A DNA stretch of 63,916 bases, filler included, from Platydemus manokwari (lineage: Eukaryota): NCBI GenBank assembly GCA_037951405.1. It is 5 parts of 5 records of this genome, joined end to end, with 100 filler letters (N's around TTAATTAATTAA, not from the genome) between each part and the next. Parts side by side here need not be neighbours in the genome. Positions count along the whole stretch, not along the records: positions 45,919 to 54,893 come from JBBMOY011320538.1; positions 54,994 to 63,916 come from JBBMOY011328983.1; 3 more parts are not named here. One strand, written 5' to 3'. The notes below the pieces were generated by a model. It was not told where the DNA came from and made no database searches. It saw nothing but the letters and a program-made list of their open reading frames with translations. The position numbers and the translations under genes were made by a program. Positions 53,051-63,916 of the stretch are shown piece after piece. Position 1 is the first letter of the stretch. Each line of letters opens with the position of its first letter.

Positions 53051-54893
53051 AAATCTTACTATATAGCTTGTTTTCTGCAGTTATAATATGATCTTGTGTC
53101 GAATAGTTTTTGTGATCTTGTATTTGTTTCCGAGATAGCAGCTACTTGATACATCCCGCAATCATGAAGCTTCGTTGTTCTAGTTTAGGATTGATTTAAG
53201 CTTCACATTTTTTCTTAAGAATCTCGATTTCAGCGTAAAGAGTTTTTACCAAAACCTTCTTATAACGCATAGCACAGAAATTATTTTAATCACCATCCAA
53301 ATTTGTTTATTTTTCATCTTTGATGTTTTATAATGCTTCACCAACGTCCAAGGTTGAGAAATTTTTCAAATTCTGGAAACCTTCCTATTTTACATATATT
53401 CATCACTTTTCTCTTTGATTAATTAAAATTTTATAATAATCCTATTGGAGAAATCTTTAGTACGTTCACCTTTCGATTGGTAAATGCCTAATAAATACTC
53501 TGAAGTTTTCATATCCAAAAGATTGAATAGTCACCTTATCTTCGCTTTTATCTATATCACATTTTAATAAATTTAGAATATCATCCTCAAAAACTTTTGG
53601 ACGATTATGATTTTCTTCTTCTCGTCAGAGTTATCAAAGTTAAATAAGTTGATTAAATACATTATATTTAAAAAATCTTGCCCGAATATTAATTTATTTA
53701 TTTCATATTGTTTAAGATATAAAATTTTGATTCTTTATCTTTGAAGAAATATTCGCCCTTAATTTTCTTGCTTATTTTAAATCCTTCTCGTGACTAAATG
53801 TAATGTAATTAAATAAGCTGCGATAAAATATAATATTAAAATGTAATATTAAAATTACATTTTATTAAAACCACATTTTTATGATAAATAAGTTTTCCTG
53901 AATATAACATTAACCGATACACATCATTTTATGAATCCGAAAATACTTGCAAACAATATTCGCGAGAAGATGTAAAATCACAATACATTCTATATCGATT
54001 ATCCATCAAATAGATAAGACAAGTTATTAAAATATTAAATTAAATAATGGATGATATCCGTTGTTTTATAGAATTGAATTGCAAGTAGAATCGACTGCGG
54101 AAGTAACTAAAGATGATTTTTTGTGGGCACTAATAAAATAACAGTCGGTAATTTGTTTGTTTCTATAATTGCGAGGTTTTTATAGATAATTCTTTAACAA
54201 ATTCTAAAAGTCATATTAAAAAATATATACATTAACAAACTGAATTATTATTTTTCTATTATGAGAAAATAGGAAGATATTCAATTTATAATTTTATATC
54301 CAGTCAGATTTATTTTTGTTGTTAAACTCAGAGTGATCAGATTTATTTTAAGTATATAAGTTGTACTTGAATAATCTCGTATTACTCAAATCAAATTGAC
54401 CCTTACAATACCTTTTATTAACATTTCTCGTTATCAATTCTGTGCTATATCGAAAAACAATTAAAACCAATGGTCAAACGAAAGGTATAACGTCAACCTA
54501 GCGACAAGAACTCAACTTAAATGTGGGTCAAAGATAATCAGTCATTACTAGAATTAATAATAAACTAATCGTTTCGTTAGCTTATCTTTAAGATCAATGA
54601 TTCATAATAGATTCATAAAAAAATCTTGTAAATAAATTTTTTTTTCGATTTCTCTAATATTTTATCTTCATATCATATTAAAAAATTAACCAAATCTTTT
54701 ATACAGTTTTGACAATGCATAATTTAAAACAACTGCTCATAATCATCAGACTATTACACGTAACACACTTAATTAGTCCCGAAAGTGACCGATAATGTAA
54801 ATATTTGCTATGGTGATTTCTAAGCAACAAACATAACATATAGAGAAAGTCTATTAGTCAATTGTTAATTTGAGAAATTAATGACAAACATAT

Positions 54894-54993
54894 NNNNNNN
54901 NNNNNNNNNNNNNNNNNNNNNNNNNNNNNNNNNNNNNTTAATTAATTAANNNNNNNNNNNNNNNNNNNNNNNNNNNNNNNNNNNNNNNNNNNN
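54894..54993. other. Assembly gap with TTAATTAATTAA linker
   Basis: N44-linker-N44. Confidence 0.97.
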
Positions 54994-55118
54994 CTCAGAA
55001 TCGAATCCTGATGCGTGATCGCCATGTAAGCCGCTACTATTTTATTGTATCGAATATTTTACATATTTATCTATGTAGAAATCTCTAATTCTTCTATCTT
55101 TTTAATATCTTCTCTACA

Positions 55119-55155
<37 letters not shown>

Positions 55156-55300
55156 CTTCTTTATATATAATCTATATAATCTCAACATTCTTCTTTTCAA
55201 TTATTTACAGTCGCTCATCTTCTCAGAATCGAATCCATATGCGTGGTCGCCATGTAAGCCTCTACTATTTTATAAAACACGCATCGAAAGCGAACTGAAA
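54994..55300 (+). repeat. Two ~50-bp direct repeats (54994, 55222) around a (CT)n(AT)n tract; third partial copy at 62105-62151
   Basis: CTCAGAATCGAATCC..ATGCGTG.TCGCCATGTAAGCC.CTACTATTTTAT twice; TGTAAACCGCTACTATTTTATAAATCACGCAT at 62105. Confidence 0.85.
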
Positions 55301-58300
55301 AGACACGACACTAAATTGTGAATTCAAATAAAATTATTTACTCAAATTAATATAATTTTATATAAAATTAAATATTCAAAAATGTAATTCAATTTTCATA
55401 TTTTCATTGAGTCATTTGGGAGGGCCACTTCTTCGTCGATTATGGATTCAGTTATGTTAAGTTTTCAATTGGAATTTTTAATGAATTTGAATGACTGATC
55501 TTTAAACTTCATAATGTGCTGCTAGTTGAATACGCTTCTTTAGAGTTAAGGGATCAGATATCTTTATAGTGCTTCAAACAAAATAATCGATCTGAAATGA
55601 AAACAATGTTTGATAGCCACATATTAATTAGCATATGCTAAAATCTTGAGAAAATAATACCAGAATGTGAATAAATTAAGGAGTTACTTTTCAATCCGCT
55701 TATTTATTAATATTAAAATAATACTGAATTAATATATTATTATATGAATATTTTAAATTAATGTTGAAGAATAAATTATTGTATTCAATAATATTCTAAA
55801 TTAATTTATCTGTGTAGAAAACTAGATGACTCCAAAATTATCATACTCAAATATATCAGATCTGGTGGGTGCTTGATTATGTAGACATTCATTATTTGAA
55901 TGATAAAAGAAATAGATCGTATTTCTGAACTTTGGGTATGATAAAATATTAATTATGTATATCGTAGGAATATTATTTCATCATTTATGGAATTCTGACA
56001 TTTCTTCATTTTACAATAATATTTTCTCCACACCTATCATTCACCGAGTCAATGAATAAGAAAGTCGACTAGGTAGAAATAGAGAAGAAATTGAATTCAG
56101 TCAGTCGGGTGACCATCTTTTATCTTTATCTCATCCTTTACGCTATTTGATTGGGTAATTTTCGAGTTGTTAACCATCGCATTGTCATAACTCACATGAT
56201 TGTTTTTTATGATAATTTCTTTTATAAATATATCACGTGTGAACACTCGTTATTTTTTATTTACATATTTTCACTTTCTCCCATGAATCATACAATTCCA
56301 TGAGAAATACTGCTTTTGCTTACAATTTTTATATTCCTTGAGTCTATCAATACGTTGGTAATTTTAAATTCAAGTGTATTTGCTTTGTTGCCGTTTTATC
56401 CTCCTCAACATCAAATTAATTAAATATATGATAAACCATACAAAATAATTTGAAAGATCATATTTTATCATAATATTGACATTTAATAATTATATTTAAA
56501 CCATGAATTTCTACCGCGTTTATATCGACTTTCAGATTGGTGAGTTGAATTCTAAACTTCAATGGGATAACTTTAATATTGTTAAAAATATTTCAAGTAA
56601 TAATGATGATGTTAAGGCGATTTTTTTTGGAAACTTATAAGACAATAGAAGATAAAATTCTCTGTTTATTGCGAAAAAAAAATTACAACAATTTAAAATT
56701 TTTATTTCCCAAAATTATTAATGAAATTTCGTGTGAAGTTTTACGTACAATGATTGCAAAGCCTGGGAATTTCTAATGATGCATAACAATAATATTTCAA
56801 ACAATCAATACAGTGGATTGCTTTTGACCTAGACAGCATTCAAGAACAATTTCCGATTATTTTTACATATGAATTAATAATAAAACCCCACTAATCACAT
56901 TCACAGATAAAGCGAGGAAATTAATTCTTCACACACTTTCAACAATAATTAATGAGCTTACACGAAAAAAACTATTTTCTCTGTAATATTGTTGACATCG
57001 GTATTCGTCATGTACAAAAGCTATTTCGAGTACCTAACTGATTAAATATCGAAGTGAGTTATCTTAGACTTCAAGATTGTACATTATTATGAACAATTTT
57101 CCTGCGAATGAATTAAGATTAAATTTCCTATTAGAATTCGATTGACATTATGAATACGCAATGGTTTTAATGGGATGATTAATGTATATTCTTGTCTCGA
57201 ATTTGATGAATCTCTAACGTATTTTCTTTAATATAACATATGTATTTTTATATTCGATTTTATCTGAAAATGTCATTTGAAAAATATGTCAAAATATTTT
57301 CCTTTTGAAGAACAAAATCCTACAAATATCAACGCAACATGACGAGGTAATTAAATACACGACGGTAGCAGAAGTGTTTCCTTAATCATTTAGTTATTGT
57401 TTTGAAAACAATTTAATTGGATTTTATCGGGTTCCTAATGGGAAATCTGGTAGAAAACTCGTTGAAAAAGACATTTGATAGAAATTGGAAGGAAAAGGTG
57501 AATGGTAAATGAATAAATACAAATTACAATCGAATGTGTCGTTAAATTTGATTTTAAAAAAAGTTAAATATTAATTTTGATAAAGCTAATAAATAATTAT
57601 CAAAAAGCGATCGGATAATAAAACAAAAATATTTTTATGATGTCGGATATCCGTTGTAAGCGTGCGACGGATATCAGAAATGTATTTTTATAAATGAAAT
57701 TTAAATCTATTAATTGAATTATTGGCCTATTCATTGTGTTGTTGTTTTTTTAAATAATTTTGACTTCTTATATCGAACTGAAATTTTGTTTTAATCAATG
57801 AAAAATTCTTTTAATAATTATTTTTATAATGATTATATTGATTGATTATAGAATTTTTAGCAAAATAAATAATCGTAGTAAACTGAACTAGACAATCTAA
57901 ACTAATGAATGGATTGTAATTGGTCAATTAATGAAAACACACATTTATTGGGTATAAGTGATTCTATCAGTATTATATATGAATAATAATACCGACAAAA
58001 TGGTTTGGATATTTATTTTTAACATAAAGCGTGTATATCATTAATTGTAGGAAAATATATTTATTTGCTTTAGATGGCATTTATGTTACAAATCTCAATC
58101 ACAAACATGTGTTTGTGTGTCTGTATTTGATGGATTAATTATTAGAATTTTAGCCTTTTTATTATCTAGGTATCATTTTTTTATTATTGTAAACATGGAT
58201 TGTTATTTTGGAATTACGGATCGAATTTCCTTTGATCAAAGTGCATTTTTATTTTTACAATCGGTTTCCTTTAATGACTTCCGATGATGCCAGATTAGGA

Positions 58301-60539
58301 TAACGCGTTATAATTGGAGATAAATATACAAATTAGTTTGGCTGAAATTACCTTTTTTTTAAAAAATATTTGAATGGTAATGATTTAATCCAACATTTCT
58401 GTAGTTTAAAATGTTTATTTATTTAATTAAAGGTATTTAGATAATCGATTTGTGAAACCGTTAATTGATTGGAATTTGAATATATAAATCTCGATTATAA
58501 TTAATTATATTAATTTCTTTCTCACCTTTAAATTGAATAATCAATACTGTAATTAATTGATCGCAATTAAATGATTTATTGGTATAAATTTGTCACACTT
58601 TATATCAATATTATTTATTTAATATATAATTTTAATAATTATATTGATTAATGTGGTTATTGTTCTCTTTAGTAAAAGGATAATTTAAGTGTTAACTTGA
58701 ATGTTTTGTCTAGATTTGATTGAAAATTCTTTTTGGTAGGAATGTTTCTATTTATTTTTTGCTCATTTATGTCGACTAAATAACCTTTCATTTCTTATAT
58801 ACTTCTCGGCTTAATCTAATAAAATAGCATCTTATGGCGTTTCTGTAAGAACCTTTATAAAAATAATGAAAAATTCGAGATTTTCTCAGTTGAACTCTAT
58901 TATTAAATGTGGGATTAAGTTTGTGAAAATTTTAAAATACATTCAAATGAAACAGATTTATAATCAGAATTGATATTAAAAATATAGATTATGAATTTTA
59001 TTTGATGAAATAATTTGGTGAAATATCTTTTATGTGATTTGACTTTTCAATGTGTTTATAATGCATGTTTTATAGAATAAAAGTGGCATTTGGGTTCGAT
59101 TCTGTGAAGATATGACAGAGATGTATTGAAAGATGTGAGCAATAATAGAAGATATAGAGAAAAGAGATCGAATGTAAAGAAGAGAGATAAATATCTAGAG
59201 AATCCGCAACAGAGATCTTTCAGTATAGATAGGAAATCAAAGATTTTAAAGACAGTTGGGTGTGAATATTTTAAAATGCAACAAAACTGAAGAGATAATC
59301 AATTTGATTTGTAAAAAAAATCGGCGGAGATATCGTTTATGTGTTGTGATTTTTCAAATTCATTTTCAATTGATGGACATTAAGATTTATATTATTTACT
59401 TAATCAATGTGTGAGAACTTTTAAACCTTCAGAATTAATTAATTAATTTTCTGTCCTAAAAATATTAGCATATCTGTTGCTAAATAAATAAATTCAAATC
59501 AATAAGAAAATTTTTAACTATCATCGATAGCGTTAATTAAACTGAAACACTATAATGAGTTGGTATAGATTCACAATTAGGTTCTTATAGGTTGTGAGAA
59601 ATATTGGGGAAAATTCGAATCTCGAAATGTCAGATATAAAACACTCAATTTGAAATGATTCTTAGCGGTCGACATTATAGAGTGATATCAAGGAAAAATA
59701 GTTTAGATTACTGAAAAAATAATCAGTAATTATTTATGAAATTGATTTGATAAGAATCGGTTTGGAGAATTTGAATGTATATCTAATATCAACAAATTAA
59801 ATCATATCGAATAATTAATGTAATAAATATTTGAAAGGCTTTTTGCTAATGATTTCGGCGAGGAAGATTATTTTGACGTAAAAATCATTTTTTGAGTTAT
59901 TGAAAGCGAAAACTAAACTTTTATATACACATTCGATGGAATTTATAAATTAGAAAGATATCGCAATAAATTGCCAAAATTTTAAAAACTTTACAAAAAA
60001 AGTCAATAAAAAATATTATTTTTTCATTTTACACATCAATTTGAATGAAAGTCATTTGCAATAAAGCAAAAAACAAATCATAAACTAGACTATGTTCGTC
60101 TTTATATATACATTGTAACATTTGTACTTGATTTGGATTTGGTTACCATAAAAACTTGTATTCGTTGCTCTTTAAATATAGCAACGATTGTTTTGTTTTT
60201 AATCAACTTGGTTCACATTGCGACAGGAATGACATAAATTATTTTCTGAAAATTGGCCAAAACAAACAGTGAAATCGAATATATTGCAATTCATGATCAC
60301 TTAACTTGTTTATAATTGAATTATTATTCAGACGATTAGTAGAAAATTTTCATTCATTTTTATAACTTATTCAGCGATGCTCTAATTATCCTGTCAACTC
60401 GAAAAGTATGTTGAATTGCGAAAATACAAGATGGGAATACATTATTGGCACTTTTATACATTAAAACAATGATCAGATGGATTTATTTTTCTGATAATTG
60501 AATTTTTTACATTTGAAATTAAAATAATTATTAATAAAC

Positions 60540-61278
60540 CGGTTCGAGTTCCGAATAGCGAGTCTCAATATGGCGACTTCACTATAGCGATTTTAATAAG
60601 TCAGCGTCTGCCACAATACCGACCACGTGATAGCGATTGTATTATAAGAGCTATTGTCATAACAGCGACATATTGACAAATTTTGATTTAAATAAACTGG
60701 CCAGATTAGTAAATGAAGGTTTTAGCAATGCACATATTACCAATAAATTAAGCGTTTCTGAATATTGTATAAGACAAAACTGAAAAATTTCCATTTTAAG
60801 GTATCTACAAATATTGAAGGGAGACCATGTATCCTAACAAAAAAAGAAAAAACAGGCTTATTACGCCAATACGAATGAGCCAAATTGGAAAACACTACTC
60901 TCGGTATTGTTTGAGAGAAAAATTTTAAAAGATTTTGTCATCTTGTCTATTGGAGAGAATATTAAATACTCTATTGAGCTTATCTCATAAAGCGAACACA
61001 AACATATAAACACGAGCAAGTAAAAATTAACCATCTAACAAATTACATGTGATCTTTTGAGTATATTTTATTCTAAATTATCTCAAAAAGTAATACAACT
61101 AAACACGTAGATACCAACTCAAAAACACAAGTAATTGAAACATTGATATATATATCCTTCTGTCCGGAGATGTTTGTTACAGTGGTCATATGATAGTCGC
61201 TATAGTGACAGACGTTGTTTTATTAAAATCGCAATTATGTGGTCGCTCTATTGATAGTCACTTTCCGATCCGTATTTC
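60540..61278. mobile_element. Non-autonomous element with ~100-bp degenerate TIRs built of ATAGCGAC-like subrepeats (MULE/foldback-like)
   Basis: 60551-60625 aligns with the reverse complement of ~61195-61268 (GCGATTTTAATAA....CGTCTG.CAC.ATA.CGAC); flanks TTAATAAAC / TAATAAAAC resemble a 9-bp TSD. Confidence 0.65.
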
Positions 61279-61443
61279 TAATAAAACCTACATTTTATGT
61301 TTTAATCAAAAAAAATTTTAATTTTATTTATCAAGAAAATGTCTTAAATTTTTAAATGTTTAGTTGAAAATTCTGTGAAATTCAATTAATTATGATAAAA
61401 TGGATTGTTATTCTTCAATACTAACAAGAATCTTTGTGTTTAG

Positions 61444-61744
61444 ATGTATTGTGATCCAGTTCAATGTAATTCTCACAATAAAACATTCCTTTGTCAGACG
61501 TTTCCAACCAGATGCATTTTGGAGTCGATGAGATGCGATGGAACCATCACTTGTAGAGATGGTGGTGATGAACGAAATTGTGATGTCATATTGCCATATT
61601 ATAATTCATCTCATATTCGAATAATACTTGTATCGAGTATAAGTGTAATACTGTGCCTACTTATGGTGGTTCTGGGATTCGTATGTATTTGTCGATTACA
61701 TAAAATGCGAATTTTGACTACCAGAAATTTGGCCAGGAGAAGAG
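61444..61744 (+). CDS. LDL-receptor class A repeat + transmembrane exon, LRP3/LRP10/LRP12-like
   Basis: Acceptor tttag| and donor G|gtatgt; FLCQTFPTRCILESMRCDGTITCRDGGDERNC (LDLa), then hydrophobic IILVSSISVILCLLMVVLGFVCIC and RLHKMR, resembling the LRP12-family juxtamembrane LG.CTCKLY.LR. Confidence 0.85.
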
Positions 61745-61882
61745 GTATGTTTTTAAATTAAATTATAATAATGGGAGATTTAATAATTTGGATAAAAAAC
61801 TTAATCATAAATCTGTACCTAATGCACATAGTTCACTGATAACAATATTAATTATAACAAAGTGTGAATCATTAATTAATTA

Positions 61883-62080
61883 CCGCATTTTCCGGACTAT
61901 GAGGCGCACCTTAAAACAAATTTTTAGGATTTATTAAGGCTGGAATATTAAAAGAAGGATGGCGATGATGTTAATATAAGCGAATGTGATATTTTAGATG
62001 ATGAAGAGCATTCAATCTTGCTATACATTTTTAATTTAATTTAATTTATCAATCATTCAATTATAGTCCGGAAAATACGG
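61883..62080. mobile_element. Tc1/mariner-superfamily (Tc2/pogo-like) MITE, 198 bp
   Basis: TIR CCGCATTTTCCGGACTAT / ATAGTCCGGAAAATACGG (1 mismatch) flanked by TA on both sides. Confidence 0.88.
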
Positions 62081-62639
62081 TAATTGAAGACCCTATTGGA
62101 TGTTTGTAAACCGCTACTATTTTATAAATCACGCATAGAAAACGACTGAAATTGATTTTTTCTAAAAATCTGATTGTAAAATCTTTCAATTCTCACAATA
62201 TTAATGAATAAAAAGGAATATCAAAACAAATTTAGTAGCAGTTTGCTTATCCAGATTGCTATCAGGAATCTTTCAGAATAAATTTTAGTGAATATTAGTT
62301 TTTTTAATTTGTTGTGATTATTATGATCAGTGATATAGATTCGATTTCATTTCATTTTATGCTTATTAATTATCAATCGATTTTTAGACTTTTAACCTAT
62401 CATGTTTGAAATACATGAAAATGTGTTTTTACCGACATTAGATGTTTCATAAGTTAAATATATCATATTATATATGCAATCTTAATGACTAAGTTTCTAG
62501 TATAATCATAGATTTCAGGTTCCTTTGAGACAGTAGATTAATTATTAGCATAATCGCTTGATTGTTTTGATTTTATCTCCCTTTTGTGCTAAAACCGGGA
62601 ATTTGTATTATTTTTCAACAAGGACCGATTATTAAAATC

Positions 62640-63000
62640 TGTTTGATGGCAGAAAATATGCATAGGGATTTGATAAGTTCATTTGTTGATAAATATGGTT
62701 AAGAAATTATATACTTGATAGTGGAAAAGATATTGCTTAAACTTTTGAATACAGCGCTATATGTAGAAGAGCTTATAATATTTCTTCGTGATGATTCGGT
62801 AAAGCATTGAATCGAAGATAGAAATATCTTAATATTTAAAGTGCCCAGAACATATATTTCATTTAAAATAAACCATATCAAGTATTCATAATTATTAAAT
62901 CTGCTTCGTACATTATTTCTAATATCTAATAATATTTTATTAATCTCTCCTGTTGGTAGAGTAAAACAATTAGTCAAATATAGAAATTTTATTTTTTAAA
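62640..63000 (-). mobile_element. Possible hAT transposase C-terminal relic
   Basis: ILLDIRNNVRSRF resembles the hAT D.....L..RF motif; otherwise weak. Confidence 0.22.
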
Positions 63001-63916
63001 AATCTGACCATAAAAGCTCTCCAAATATGTATTTGATATTAAATAAATAAATAATGCTTTATCATCGGTTTTGGAACTCATTATTAGTTTTATCATTGAA
63101 TTATCGTAGAATTTTATTCAAAGTTTTGGAGAATGTAAACCCCCACATAGAAGAATTTTATGTAATAGAAATAATAATTGTGAAATAGGTGAATTGAAAA
63201 AATGCTTCATTGGAACACATGTTAAAAATTGGTAAATTATTTTGGAAAGCTTAATCCGTTGAAATCAATTGTTATTTATTCCATTATGTTTTCTTTTCGT
63301 ATTTTCTGTGAATAATCTTGATCAATGTGATTTGGTTTTGAATGGAAAATTATTTGTTTTATTATTTATTATAATTTGCAATATATTGTAATAGAGTTTT
63401 AACAAATTGTCTATTTTGTCCATAACCATTCTGATATTTTGTTTTTCTGAAGCAGTTGCTCAACATTATAAAGTTAGATCTTTAAGGCAAATGTTAATTT
63501 TCTAGTGGGAGGATGTATATTTTTCTGAAATAATTGTGATATCTTGTGCATGTATTTTAAAGGTAAATATTGTGTATATATTTAATCGGAATTATAAGTG
63601 TTATTTATGGCCTAATTGTCTCGCATTTCTAAAAATGTGCTTAATTTTCAGATTTATTCATTTTTAATTCAGTAGATTATATCATTGATAGTTGCGATTA
63701 ACGTTAAATTATAATAGAAATTAGTGAGTAACATTCGGAATCATTTCATTACTGTCTCAAATGATTTTTATCATTATTCCATGTATCAGATGTAACGGCA
63801 AATTGCTCTGTTAATCTAACAGATTCTTTACTCTATGTTCTTTACTTTTATCGAATTTCATTTTATTTATTATGTGTATAATTATCAGTTTTATTATTAT
63901 TATTATTATTAATTGT

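Overview
Very AT-rich eukaryotic (metazoan) genomic scaffold. The ~50-bp GT-AG introns, (AAT)n microsatellites and gene content are compatible with a planarian flatworm (inference only). Host genes supported: an internal Wnt exon (-, 9919-10259), an intronless ZNF474-like four-C2HC-finger gene (-), a three-exon highly divergent alpha-tubulin (-), a short NF-YA gene (-), and one LDLa+TM exon of an LRP3/10/12-like receptor (+). The tubulin has Ala at the catalytic E254 position and a ~190-aa C-terminal extension. There are also decayed GPCR-like remnants. Most of the rest is decayed mobile DNA. This includes two full-span Ty3/gypsy elements with ~100-bp AGT...ACT LTRs (one with an intact 5-bp TSD) plus fragments, a piggyBac transposase relic, an RLE-type LINE relic, a SWIM/YqaJ ORF relic, and Tc2-, MULE- and hAT-like non-autonomous elements. 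Five assembly gaps are present, four with an artificial TTAATTAATTAA linker. The best candidate for something new is the natural E254A, long-tailed alpha-tubulin and its neighbourhood (ZNF474-like, divergent NF-YA with tandem CCAAT boxes behind its 3' end). All alignments were done by eye against remembered family motifs; no searches were run.
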